A program made the translations under genes and the position numbers. The notes under the pieces are model-generated. The model was not told the DNA's origin. It did not search any database and saw only the letters and a program-made list of their open reading frames with translations. This document shows positions 1 through 9,507 of a stretch of DNA of 41,415 nucleotides, in pieces. This DNA comes from a virus. Its lineage: Duplodnaviria > Caudoviricetes. Numbering within the stretch: position 1 is the stretch's first letter; every line of letters begins with the position of its first letter. The stretch is from positions 1 to 41,415 of the IMG/VR virus record IMGVR_UViG_3300046009_001609, one strand, 5' to 3'.

Positions 1-1713
1 GAAGAGCCTGCTGTGTGGTTCTCTGGCACTGAGCTGGAGACCATCGGCTGGATGCACGGTAGCTTCGACTGGGCCAACAGCGCTGTGCGCTGCCACAACA
101 CTCTGTTCGACGGGTACATCATGACGCAACGCTGCGGCATCAAGCCCAAGCTGTGGATGGACACCCTCGGCCAAGGCCGCATGCTGCTGCCGTTCCTGAC
201 CTCACACTCTCTGGCCAATCTCGCCAAGCAGTACAACCTGCCGGACAAGGGCACCGAAGTCGTCAAGGCCATGGGCAAACGCCGTGCGGACTTTAATCCC
301 ATGGAATTAGCGGAGTACGGCGAGTACTGCAAACACGACGCGTGGCTGTGCAAAGAGCTGGGCAAGAAGTTCGACCCGTTCACACCGCCGCTGGCGATGA
401 AGCTGATTGACATGACTGTGCGGATGTTCACAGAGCCCATGCTGGTCGGCGATCAAGCCAAGATGCAGCAGCTGTACGACGACGAGATCACACGCAAAGC
501 AGACCTGCTGGCCAAGGCCGAGACCAACCGCGACATCATCATGTCGAACGACAAATTCGCAGAAGCTCTGCTGGCACTGGGTGTGACCCCGCCGAAGAAG
601 CAGAGCAAAGCCAACCCAGACAAAGAGACCTATGCCTTCGCCAAATCCGACAAAGCCTTCACCGACCTGCTGGAGTCCGACGATGCGGACGTACAGGCGC
701 TGGTTGCGGCTCGCCTTGGTGTCAAAACGACTATCGCTGAAACACGTGCGCTGAAGTTTCTGGAGACTGCCAAGCGCGGCCCTCTGCCGGTGTACCTCAA
801 CTTCTGGGGTGCCAAGACCACAGGACGCTACTCAGGCGGCAACAGCATCAACTGGCAGAACATCCCTGCGCGTGGCCCGTCTGCGGGCTTGCGTGACGCG
901 TTGCTGGCCCCTCCCGGGCACACGGTGCTGGTAGGTGACTCGTCGAACATCGAGCTGCGCACAGTGATGGCTCTGGCTGGCCAAGATGATGTCACCGAGA
1001 AGCTCAAGAACGGCGTGGACTTGTACTGCGACTTTGCCTCTAAGTTGTTCGGTCGCAAGATCACCAAGGCTGACAAGGCCGAACGGTTCTTGGGTAAGAC
1101 GGCTATGCTGGGCCTGCAATACGGTGCAGGTGCGAAGCGGTTCCAAGAGATGGTGCGGCTGGCCAAGCGCACTGACCCCAGCGTTGAGCTGATCGACGAG
1201 AACAGGGCTCATGCCATCGTGGACTTGTACAGGTCTGTGCACTGGAAAGTGGTGGAGTTGTGGCGTAGATGCAACGATGTGGTTCTGCCTGACATCGCCA
1301 ACGGATGCACGATGCTGAACGTGGACGTCAACGGCTGGTTCATTACCCAGTGGGATGGCTTCGGTCGCCCGGGTGAGCCCGGTGTGATGTACAACGACTT
1401 GCAGCACGATGGCAAAGACTGGACGTACACCATGGGCCGACAGCGTGTGCACCTGCACGGCGCGAAGGTCGTAGAAAATTTGTCGCAACATGCTGCAATG
1501 CAGATCGTTATGTGGCAAACTGCACGTATCAACCAGCGCTACCCAGTGAAGCTCTCTGTCCATGACGAGGCGGTCTGCGTGGTGCGGGATGATGAACTTG
1601 ATGAAGCTCGTGCGTATATGGAAGAGTGCCTTGCGATGACACCCAAGTGGTGCCGCAGCATTCCCGTATCGTGTGAGACTGGTGTTGGCCCGTCGTACGG
1701 AGACGCAAAGTAA
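1..1713 (+). CDS. polA: Family A DNA polymerase, phage type (5'-truncated by window edge)
   Basis: Frame is open from base 1. 3'-5' exonuclease motifs (CHNTLFD, YCKHD), TTGRYSG, motif A GDSSNIELR, motif B RFLGKTAMLGLQYG, motif C SVHDE. Confidence 0.95.
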   Translation, partial: EEPAVWFSGTELETIGWMHGSFDWANSAVRCHNTLFDGYIMTQRCGIKPKLWMDTLGQGRMLLPFLTSHSLANLAKQYNLPDKGTEVVKAMGKRRADFNPMELAEYGEYCKHDAWLCKELGKKFDPFTPPLAMKLIDMTVRMFTEPMLVGDQAKMQQLYDDEITRKADLLAKAETNRDIIMSNDKFAEALLALGVTPPKKQSKANPDKETYAFAKSDKAFTDLLESDDADVQALVAARLGVKTTIAETRALKFLETAKRGPLPVYLNFWGAKTTGRYSGGNSINWQNIPARGPSAGLRDALLAPPGHTVLVGDSSNIELRTVMALAGQDDVTEKLKNGVDLYCDFASKLFGRKITKADKAERFLGKTAMLGLQYGAGAKRFQEMVRLAKRTDPSVELIDENRAHAIVDLYRSVHWKVVELWRRCNDVVLPDIANGCTMLNVDVNGWFITQWDGFGRPGEPGVMYNDLQHDGKDWTYTMGRQRVHLHGAKVVENLSQHAAMQIVMWQTARINQRYPVKLSVHDEAVCVVRDDELDEARAYMEECLAMTPKWCRSIPVSCETGVGPSYGDAK

Positions 1714-1958
1714 TGGCGATAGCTTACTCATCCACTGACCGCTTGCCTCATTGGGCACAAGTCAAATGGGATCACGATGCGTACAAGTACGAGTCAAAGG
1801 TCTGGTTTGGCGTTCAATGCGTCGATGGCCCCATACAGGTGATGGTGACTATGCCGGAGCAGTTCGCTATGCCCTCACCAAACCGACGCCGGATTCTTCA
1901 AGACATGATCGAGCAACTCACCGTGCAACTTGCAAAAGCAACTCTGGAAGAAACATGA
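1713..1958 (+). CDS. Hypothetical protein, 81 aa
   Basis: TAATG overlap with the polymerase stop and ATGA overlap with the next gene, so translationally coupled on both sides. No recognisable motif. Confidence 0.75.
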   Translation: MAIAYSSTDRLPHWAQVKWDHDAYKYESKVWFGVQCVDGPIQVMVTMPEQFAMPSPNRRRILQDMIEQLTVQLAKATLEET

Positions 1959-2647
1959 CCACACCGATGCCCCTGTCGTTCAGCCGACTGTCTACGTTCG
2001 AGCAGTGCCCTGCGCAGTTCGATTACCTGTACGTGTCCAAGCGCGTGCAGAACTCTACGAACGAAGCGTCAGAGTACGGCGACAGAGTGCACAAGGTGCT
2101 GGAGGCCAAAGGCAACGGGTCACTGGATGAAAGCACGCTGACACTGGAGGGCAAGCAGTCACTGGAGCGCTGGGGCGCACTCGTAGACAAGATCACGTCA
2201 CGCAACGGCGACAAGTATTTCGAGCACCAGATGTCGGTCAACCGCCAGCTGCAGCCCGTGGACTGGTTCGCCAAAGACGTGTGGATTCGCTCTATCGCTG
2301 ACGTGCTGGTTGTTGACGGTGACACGGCGTACTGCCTCGACTACAAGACGGGCAAGGTCAAGGAGAACCCCACGCAGCTGCAGCTGTTTGCGGCCATGGT
2401 GTTCTGGCATTTCCCACAGGTGAAGAAGGTGAAGACCTCGTTCATCTGGCTCAAGTTCGACGAGGTGACAAACGCCACGTATGAGCGCAGGTTTCTTAAC
2501 GCGCTGTGGCGGGCACTGGAGCCACGCTTTGACATGGTGCAGGAGGTCATTGACCTCGGCGTGTTCAAGACAAAGCCATCGGGCCTGTGCCCGTGGTGCC
2601 CAGCGAAGGGGTTCTGCCCTGACGCGAGACTGAAAGGTAAACGATGA
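1955..2647 (+). CDS. PD-(D/E)XK exonuclease, Cas4/RecB-like, probable Fe-S staple
   Basis: Start reassigned to ATG 1955 (ATGA overlap). LSFSRLSTFEQCP, G-x-x-VH, E..IAD..LDYKTGK, QLQLFA and C-terminal CPWCP-x4-C give one N-terminal plus three C-terminal Cys. Confidence 0.9.
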   Translation: MTTPMPLSFSRLSTFEQCPAQFDYLYVSKRVQNSTNEASEYGDRVHKVLEAKGNGSLDESTLTLEGKQSLERWGALVDKITSRNGDKYFEHQMSVNRQLQPVDWFAKDVWIRSIADVLVVDGDTAYCLDYKTGKVKENPTQLQLFAAMVFWHFPQVKKVKTSFIWLKFDEVTNATYERRFLNALWRALEPRFDMVQEVIDLGVFKTKPSGLCPWCPAKGFCPDARLKGKR

Positions 2648-2946
2648 AGAAAGAAGAAGATGTCAAGAAGGTGGTTAAGGCTATTCTCAAGAGTACGCCC
2701 AAGTGCTGGTGGTTTATGCCGCCTGCGAACGGCTTTGGCCGCTCTGGTATCCCTGACTTTGTGGGTCACGTCAACGGTCATTTCTTTGCTGTGGAGACAA
2801 AGTTCGGCAAGGGCACTACTACAGCGAATCAAGAACGCGAGATCGCGGACATAGATCAGTGCGGTGGCAAAGTGTGGATCGTGCGCGAGACCTCAGTGGA
2901 CTCGTGGCATCTTGAATTTAAGGCGTGGGCCGCTCTATGCTCGTAA
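2644..2946 (+). CDS. VRR-NUC domain nuclease (putative Holliday junction resolvase)
   Basis: N-terminal E, GIPDF, AVETK and T-x-x-Q motifs; about 100 aa, typical of stand-alone phage VRR-NUC. Confidence 0.88.
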   Translation: MKKEEDVKKVVKAILKSTPKCWWFMPPANGFGRSGIPDFVGHVNGHFFAVETKFGKGTTTANQEREIADIDQCGGKVWIVRETSVDSWHLEFKAWAALCS

Positions 2947-4487
2947 TCCCTGACAAGCGCAAGATCATCATCAACAGCAACGAGAACGCAGCTGTAGCGC
3001 GAGCCATCCCCCATGCGAAGCTGTTGCAGCACAACGGCGAAGACATGCTGGCTATGCCCTACGGTGTTGACGAGTCGATGGTCCTCAAGAACCTTGGCTT
3101 CAGCGTGCCTGCTCCGATCCTGCAATACTACAACTGGCCCGGTCGCTTCACAGCGATGGACCACCAGAAAGACACTGCAGCGTTCTTGACCATGCACAAG
3201 CGTGCCCTGTGCCTCAACGCGCCGGGTACTGGTAAGTCCATCAGTTCGCTGTGGGCTGCTGACTTCTTGCTGGATGAAGGCATTGCACGTAAGGTGCTGA
3301 TTGTCGCGCCGCTGTCCACGGTGAAGGTTGTCTGGGGTCGTGAGCTCAAGCATCACCTGCCGCATCGCTCGTTTGTGATCTGCACGGGTACAAAGCAAAA
3401 GCGCATCGACCTGCTCAACACGCCCGGGGTGCAGTACGTCATCATCAACCATGACGGATTCACCAACATGCAAGCTGAGCTGACTGGCTTCGACGTGGTG
3501 ATCTACGACGAGGCGACAGCGCTCAAGTCACCGAGCTCGCAACGGTACAAGATGTTCGCTAAGTGGATGACCAAGCACCAGCCATGGCTGTGGCTGTTGA
3601 CGGGTACGCCCATCTCGCAGACACCCGCTGATGCGTGGACACTGGCACGCCTCGTTGATTCGCCGAGTTGCCCCAAGAGTTTCACCACGTTCAAAGACAT
3701 GGTGATGCAGAAGGTGACGACGTTCAAGTGGATGCCGCGTCATGACTCGTTGGAGACATGCCGCAAGGTACTGCAGCCGTCAATCCGGTTCTCGCTGGAC
3801 GAGTGCAAGGACTTGCCTGATACCAACTTCGTTGGCCGCAAGACTGAGCTGACCAAGCAGCAAGAGAAGGCCTTCAAGGATATGAAGGACAAGGCCGTGA
3901 CGATTTTCTCAGCAGGTGAAGTGACTGCAGCGAACACCGCTGTGATGCTGAGCAAGCTGTTGCAAATTAGCTGCGGTGTGGTGTACGGAGACGACACTAC
4001 GATTGCCATCGACGCCTCGGAGCGGTATAATACCCTCACGGAATTACTCACAGAGATCGGCGACAAAGCGATCATCTTCGTGCCACTCAAGGGTGTGCAA
4101 GTTTGGCTTCAAGAGAAGCTGACCGCAGATGGTTTCGACGTTGCGATGGTCAATGGTGATACGAGCAAAAAGGATCGTGACCAGATATTCAACGACTTCC
4201 AGCACACGGACAGACCACAGATTTTGTTGGCTCACCCCAAGGTTGCTGCGCACGGTTTGACACTGACACGAGCCAAGGACATCATCTGGTTTGCGCCCAT
4301 TTATTCACTTGAGCAGTATGAGCAGGCAAACGCTAGGATTCGCCGGTTGACAACAACTGGCAAAACGACTGTGTGGCACATCTGGGCCACCGGCTTTGAG
4401 GCAGAGCTGTACCGCAGGCTCCGCGCAAAGAAAAACACTCTTGCGGAATTTTTAACACTGGTGCAAGGCATCAACAGTGACGAGTAG
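2937..4487 (+). CDS. SNF2-family (SF2) helicase
   Basis: Probable ATG at 2937. Q motif DHQ, Walker A PGTGKS, IVAPLS, IYDEAT, LLTGTP, HGLTL and QANARIRR. Confidence 0.92.
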   Translation: MLVIPDKRKIIINSNENAAVARAIPHAKLLQHNGEDMLAMPYGVDESMVLKNLGFSVPAPILQYYNWPGRFTAMDHQKDTAAFLTMHKRALCLNAPGTGKSISSLWAADFLLDEGIARKVLIVAPLSTVKVVWGRELKHHLPHRSFVICTGTKQKRIDLLNTPGVQYVIINHDGFTNMQAELTGFDVVIYDEATALKSPSSQRYKMFAKWMTKHQPWLWLLTGTPISQTPADAWTLARLVDSPSCPKSFTTFKDMVMQKVTTFKWMPRHDSLETCRKVLQPSIRFSLDECKDLPDTNFVGRKTELTKQQEKAFKDMKDKAVTIFSAGEVTAANTAVMLSKLLQISCGVVYGDDTTIAIDASERYNTLTELLTEIGDKAIIFVPLKGVQVWLQEKLTADGFDVAMVNGDTSKKDRDQIFNDFQHTDRPQILLAHPKVAAHGLTLTRAKDIIWFAPIYSLEQYEQANARIRRLTTTGKTTVWHIWATGFEAELYRRLRAKKNTLAEFLTLVQGINSDE

Positions 4488-4503
4488 GAAACGAGGTAAC
4501 TGA

Positions 4504-4896
4504 ATGAATTACGACATTGCCGCAGAGCGGTACTTGCAAGTTCGCAATCAGATCGAGAGTCTTGAACGCGAACACAAAACAGCCAAGGCTGCACTTACTG
4601 AAAAACTTGTAGCGCTAGAAAACTGGATGACAGCCAAAGCGCAAGAGGATGGACTGGAGACAGTCAAGACTCCACATGGTACGGCCTACTGGTCTACCCA
4701 CCACACAGCGACAGTTGGTTCTCGCGAAGAGTTCTTCAACTTCTGCAAAGAGCACGATGCTTGGGACATGGTCGAGTCCCGTGCGTCAAAGACGGGAGTC
4801 AAGAGTTACATCGAGGCTCACGGTGCACCCCCTCCCGGGGTAAATTTCTCATCGGCAAAAGTGTTCAATATGCGCAAAGCGCAATCCAAGGAGTAA
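4504..4896 (+). CDS. Hypothetical replication-module protein with N-terminal coiled coil
   Basis: SD GAGG; heptad-like N-terminus followed by KTPHGTAY and a PPPGV motif. Confidence 0.8.
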   Translation: MNYDIAAERYLQVRNQIESLEREHKTAKAALTEKLVALENWMTAKAQEDGLETVKTPHGTAYWSTHHTATVGSREEFFNFCKEHDAWDMVESRASKTGVKSYIEAHGAPPPGVNFSSAKVFNMRKAQSKE

Positions 4897-4900
4897 AGAA

Positions 4901-5803
4901 ATGAGCAACATGATCGCAAACGTCCCAGCGCACATCGCAGCGCGTATCGCAGCCCGTCAACAAGCAGGCACCAAATCCAGCGTGGCCTCGGCCATCGTCA
5001 GTGATGGCGTCAGCATTCCACGCATCAGCATCCGTGCTGGCCGCTATCGCCTGAACGAAGAGGGCGTTGAGACCACCGTGGGCGTGACACTCGACACCAT
5101 CATCGTGGGTGCCAACCCACGCGTGTCCAAGGTGTTCTACGCCAAAGCATTCGATGCCTCGGCAGAGAACGTGCGCCCTGACTGCTGGTCCAACGATGGC
5201 CTCAAGGCCGATGCAAGCATCGAGTCCCCTGTGCACAGCGCTTGCGCTGACTGCCCCAACAACGTGCTGGGCTCCAAGATTCTGCCCTCCGGTGCCAAGT
5301 CCAAGATGTGCGCTGACCAGCGTCACCTCGCTGTTGTGGCTGCTGCTGATCCCACAAAGGTCTACAGCCTCACGGTGCCAGTAAGCGGCATGAAAGCTCT
5401 GCGTGAGTACTTCAAGGAACTCGGCAACTACGGCATTGGCCCAGAAGAAGTCGTGACCGAGTTGGGCTTCGACGACGCTGCCAGCTTCCCCAAAATCACC
5501 TTCAAGCAGAAGGGTTATGTGCCAGAGAAAGCCATCAACCGTGTGGACACTTTGCTCGAGAGCGACTCTGTTAAAGTTGCGACTCGTCAAATGGCACCAC
5601 AGGCCGCAGGCTCAGCACTCGCAGCACCGAAGGCCCAAACCGCTATCGCAGCGCCAGCCGTAGACGACGCATACGAAGAAGAAGCAGCAGCGCCCGCCCC
5701 GGCACCTGTTGTTTCCGCGCAACCCAAGGCCAAGCCCACAGTTGCCCCAGTAAAAGCGTCGGATGAATTGGCTGCAAAGCTCGACAGCTTGTTTGACGAG
5801 TAA
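4901..5803 (+). CDS. Putative single-stranded DNA-binding protein with four Cys
   Basis: SD AGGAG; PDCWS..CADC..KMC; Ala/Pro linker and acidic/aromatic tail LDSLFDE; lies between helicase and primase. Function is inferred. Confidence 0.6.
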   Translation: MSNMIANVPAHIAARIAARQQAGTKSSVASAIVSDGVSIPRISIRAGRYRLNEEGVETTVGVTLDTIIVGANPRVSKVFYAKAFDASAENVRPDCWSNDGLKADASIESPVHSACADCPNNVLGSKILPSGAKSKMCADQRHLAVVAAADPTKVYSLTVPVSGMKALREYFKELGNYGIGPEEVVTELGFDDAASFPKITFKQKGYVPEKAINRVDTLLESDSVKVATRQMAPQAAGSALAAPKAQTAIAAPAVDDAYEEEAAAPAPAPVVSAQPKAKPTVAPVKASDELAAKLDSLFDE

Positions 5804-5824
5804 TAGAATTCTCGAAAACAAACC

Positions 5825-5847
5825 CCCCGGCTAAGGCCGGGGTTTTT
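5825..5847 (+). terminator. Intrinsic terminator
   Basis: CCCCGGC-TAAG-GCCGGGG hairpin followed by TTTTT, just after the SSB-like stop. Confidence 0.85.
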
Positions 5848-5863
5848 CATCTAGGGGCAAGTC

Positions 5864-8824
5864 TTGGACACCAAACACTTTTTTACTCGCGTCTTTGCCC
5901 AGCTCGACGAACTCGTTATCAGCGTCCACAAACCAGACCCAAGCGGCAAAGTTGCGCGTGGTTTCTTCTGGAACAGGGGCTCATTCACCGATCTCGACGA
6001 AGCTGTAGCAGCTATCTCACAATGGGACTCAGAGCCCAACACCACGGTCTACTTCGGCGTGGGTGCATTTGCAGGTCACGGCTACACCGATGACGGCAAA
6101 CAGAAGTGGTATCGCAAACAAGAACACGCAACATGGTTCAAGGCTCTGGCCCTTGACCTCGACATAGGCGCAGACAAGCCGTACGCCACACAGAAAGAGG
6201 GCTGGGGCGTCATGAAGGAGGCACTGAAGAAAATCGGTATGCCACCGCCCATGGTCATCTCGTCTGGTAACGGCATTCACCTGTACTGGCCACTCACTCA
6301 ACCAATCAGCAAAGCACACTGGGTCAAGGCATCCACAGCTTTGCGCGTTGCGCTCGAAGAGCATGGAGTTGAAATTGATACCTCGAAAATTCACGACCCA
6401 TCCATGGTGCTACGGCCAGTCGGCACGCACCACAAGAAGCAACAGCCGTGGAAAGATGTCCGGTGTGTTGCGGATTGCCCAGACCACGATGCAGTTGCGC
6501 TCTTCGGCACACTCAAGCCGTGGTTTGGTAAGGCAGCAACAGTTGCGGCCAAGGCCACAGCACCGCGCAAGGGCGGCAAGTCCTCGATACTTGATGCCGT
6601 ACTCAACAGCAACGACGTCGTCCTTGACGCAGTGGCCTCCAGATGCAATCAGGTCAAAGCGTTGGTCGACTCAGGAGGCGTGCTTGACGCTGCTGGCCGT
6701 GACGTTCCTGAGCCTCTCTGGCGGGCTTCTCTTGGGCTTGCTAAGCACTGTACCGATGTAAGCGAAGCAGTCATCAAGCTCGCTGGCAAGCACAAGGACT
6801 TTGACCTCAACGGCAGCCTCGACAAGATCAACGGCTGGAATGGTACAGGTCCAACGACATGCGCCAAGTTCGAGCAGCTGTGCGCCAAAGGCTGCGAGGG
6901 GTGCCCAAGCCGTGGCAAGATCACAAGCCCTGCCCAGTTGTCAGTCGTCACTGAAGTGGCCATTGAGAACGAAGAAGGCGAAGAAGTTGTGCTGACGTTG
7001 CCACCAACGTACGTGCTACAGAACAACCAGATTTTCCGTGAGGTCAAGACTGAGATCGTCACGCAAGACGCCAACGGCAACGACGTGGCGCAAGAGGTCG
7101 TAGAGCTGGATCATGTGAGCCAGTACGAGATGCACATCACGGGTGTGTACAACGACAACGAGAGCGGTAAGGCTGCGTTCAAGTTGCTGGTCAAGTACCC
7201 GATGACTGGATGGAAAGAGACAGAGCACGAGATCGCAGTGCTGGCTTCCATAGGCAAAGACTTCAGCAGCTTCTTGCTGAATCGTCAGGTCTTTGTGAAG
7301 AGCATTCCCCAACAAGAAAAACTGAGAGGCTACTTAATGGATTACTTATCAATGGTGCAGAAGCAGGCACCGACAGGCCAAGACTTTGTCAGCTTCGGCT
7401 GGCAAAAAGACGGCTCGTTCATGTGCGGCGAAGTGCTGCTCGGCGCTGGTCACAGCGGTATCGACACACGCCTGCGTGGCCCTGCCAAATCGTTCGCTGA
7501 CCTGATCGGTGCCCATGGCTCCCGCGACGAGTGGGTGCGCGGCATGGCCATGCTGAACAACCCGGGTACTGAGACGATACGCTCAGCCACCTTGCTCGCA
7601 TGCACAGGCATCATCGGGTCAGCCGCTGGCAACGCAACAGCCGTGGTGTCGATTTACTCGACAGAAACTACGACTGGCAAGACGCTGGCCCTGATCGCTG
7701 CCAACAGTTTGATCGGTCACCCCAAGCAGCTGTTCCTGAACCAGAAAGATACGACCAATGCGCTGTACAAAATGCGCGGCGTGCTCAACAACCTGCCATG
7801 CTGCATTGACGAGATGACTGCAGCTGACGACAGAGACATTGCCGACATGGCGTACCAGCTGAGCATGGGGCGTGAGAAAGTCTCCATGACCAAGGACCGT
7901 GACCTGCGCGATCCGGCTACGTGGAACGGCCTGACGCTGATGACGACGAACATCTCCCTGCACCAGAAGTTCGAGGGTGCACAGGCGGGCAACGAGCCAC
8001 TCAAAGCACGATGCCTAGAGCTACCCCAGCACGACCGCACATTCGTCGCTACACGGCCCGATGGCAAGAGCGATGGCTATGAGTTCTTCGACCTGATGGC
8101 TGAGAACAACGGCTGGGCATTCCCAGAGCTGGTACAGGCTGTGCTCGACAACGGTGGCCAGAAGGCTGTCTGGGAAGCTGCAGAGCGTTCGTTCGACAAA
8201 GTGTTTGGCTTCGTGTTCGAGCCGCAGGAGCGCTTCTATCGCACGGCCATCATCGCTGCATGGGGTATGGGACGGATTGGCCAGAAGCTCGGCCTGTTCC
8301 CGTTCGATGTGCAGGGCACCATCCAGTACCTGATTGAGCACGTCAAGAAGACACGGCAGTTTGCCATCGACAGCAAGGTTGACGTGTTCGACATCATTGG
8401 CCAGTTCCTTGCCGAGCACAACGACCAGCTGGTGGAGTGCAAAGAGCGTTACGGCTCGGGCGTGGAGCAGGTCACCCTGCCAGCACCTGAGAGGGCTGTG
8501 GCCCGGGTCAAAGTCGTGTACGACGACAAAACAACTATCATGCCCGGCAGCTGCATCGCCATTAACGCCGACCGCCTGCGCCAATGGCTCAAGACAAAGC
8601 GTGACGGGCTTGACCGCATCGAGCGGGAACTGGAAGACGAGAGCGCATTGATCCGCCGCCGTGAGCGCGTGACCATGTTCAAGGGCTGCCCCAAGCATGC
8701 ACCGGGACAGATGCAGTGCCTGATCGTGAACCTGAACCACCCACGCTTTATCGACAGCCTGACGGGCACATCGGCCCGTGCACAGAGTAAGATCAGCCTC
8801 GCAGTTTTAGGAGCAACCGCATGA
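5864..8824 (+). CDS. Primase-helicase fusion (AEP/RepB-like primase, Cys-rich linker, DUF927-type helicase)
   Basis: TTG start with AGGGG upstream. LDLD, SSGNGIHLYW, LRPVGTHH primase motifs; C-x6-C-x3-C-x2-C cluster; FGWQ; P-loop TTTGKT; Walker B CIDE. Confidence 0.88.
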   Translation: MDTKHFFTRVFAQLDELVISVHKPDPSGKVARGFFWNRGSFTDLDEAVAAISQWDSEPNTTVYFGVGAFAGHGYTDDGKQKWYRKQEHATWFKALALDLDIGADKPYATQKEGWGVMKEALKKIGMPPPMVISSGNGIHLYWPLTQPISKAHWVKASTALRVALEEHGVEIDTSKIHDPSMVLRPVGTHHKKQQPWKDVRCVADCPDHDAVALFGTLKPWFGKAATVAAKATAPRKGGKSSILDAVLNSNDVVLDAVASRCNQVKALVDSGGVLDAAGRDVPEPLWRASLGLAKHCTDVSEAVIKLAGKHKDFDLNGSLDKINGWNGTGPTTCAKFEQLCAKGCEGCPSRGKITSPAQLSVVTEVAIENEEGEEVVLTLPPTYVLQNNQIFREVKTEIVTQDANGNDVAQEVVELDHVSQYEMHITGVYNDNESGKAAFKLLVKYPMTGWKETEHEIAVLASIGKDFSSFLLNRQVFVKSIPQQEKLRGYLMDYLSMVQKQAPTGQDFVSFGWQKDGSFMCGEVLLGAGHSGIDTRLRGPAKSFADLIGAHGSRDEWVRGMAMLNNPGTETIRSATLLACTGIIGSAAGNATAVVSIYSTETTTGKTLALIAANSLIGHPKQLFLNQKDTTNALYKMRGVLNNLPCCIDEMTAADDRDIADMAYQLSMGREKVSMTKDRDLRDPATWNGLTLMTTNISLHQKFEGAQAGNEPLKARCLELPQHDRTFVATRPDGKSDGYEFFDLMAENNGWAFPELVQAVLDNGGQKAVWEAAERSFDKVFGFVFEPQERFYRTAIIAAWGMGRIGQKLGLFPFDVQGTIQYLIEHVKKTRQFAIDSKVDVFDIIGQFLAEHNDQLVECKERYGSGVEQVTLPAPERAVARVKVVYDDKTTIMPGSCIAINADRLRQWLKTKRDGLDRIERELEDESALIRRRERVTMFKGCPKHAPGQMQCLIVNLNHPRFIDSLTGTSARAQSKISLAVLGATA

Positions 8825-9246
8825 GCATTGACAGCATTGAGTTGTGGCACCGCAGGTCTCGTCCTGAGCCCACGCCAGAGAACCTGAACGTGCAGCTGGG
8901 CTGCCATGTCGAGGAGTTCATCGAGATGCTGGACGCGGTCAAGTTCAATGCCACGTGGACAAACCTGCGCTACGAGCTGGTGCTGCTGGCTGATCGCCTC
9001 AAGGCGAACATGGAGAGTGCTGAGATTGTTGACCGCAAAGAGTTTCTGGACTCGCTAGCCGACCAGATCGTCACTGCCGTGGGCGTAGGCCACTGTGCAG
9101 GCATGAAGACCTCAGACGCTGTGGATGCAGTGTCGAGGTCCAACTGGAGCAAGTTTAACGACGAGGGCTTCCCCATCTTCAACGAGCATGGGAAAATAGC
9201 GAAGGGGCCAAACTACAAGCGGCCTTATCTCGAAGGTCTTTACTGA
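8821..9246 (+). CDS. MazG-like all-alpha NTP pyrophosphohydrolase
   Basis: EEFIE..DSLAD acidic metal motif; SNWSK and GKIAKGPNYKRP C-terminus typical of DR2231-like proteins. Confidence 0.88.
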   Translation: MSIDSIELWHRRSRPEPTPENLNVQLGCHVEEFIEMLDAVKFNATWTNLRYELVLLADRLKANMESAEIVDRKEFLDSLADQIVTAVGVGHCAGMKTSDAVDAVSRSNWSKFNDEGFPIFNEHGKIAKGPNYKRPYLEGLY

Positions 9247-9255
9247 GGAATCACC

Positions 9256-9507
9256 ATGCCACGCAACTACAAGCAAGAGTACGCCAACTACCAAGGCAAG
9301 CCCGAGCAGATCGCAAACCGCACGAAGCGCAACGCTGCACGTGCTGAGATGGAGAAGCGTGGTGTGGTCTCAAAGGGTGATGGCAAAGATGTCGACCACA
9401 AGACACCTATTGCCAAAGGCGGCGGTAATGGGAACGGCAATTTGCGTGCAGTACCGAAGTCCCAAAACCGCTCCTTTGCCCGGACCAAGTCGGCCCGGAT
9501 GAAGTGA
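9256..9507 (+). CDS. Small HNH-type endonuclease
   Basis: SD GAGG; DVDHKTPIAKGGGN-x3-NLR-x6-N core with a basic N-terminal helix. Confidence 0.85.
   Translation: MPRNYKQEYANYQGKPEQIANRTKRNAARAEMEKRGVVSKGDGKDVDHKTPIAKGGGNGNGNLRAVPKSQNRSFARTKSARMK

Noticed and set aside
1751-1954. 68-aa N-terminal extension of the exonuclease in the ORF track
   Set aside because: It overlaps the coupled 81-aa gene; ATG 1955 gives an ATGA junction and starts just before the first conserved motif.
5793-5809. TTGACG and TAGAAT as a promoter for the primase
   Set aside because: The boxes are only 5 nt apart and lie upstream of the terminator.
1-8824. Inteins or introns in polymerase, helicase or primase
   Set aside because: The ORFs are continuous, of ordinary size, and show no splice-junction or homing-endonuclease motifs that I could see.
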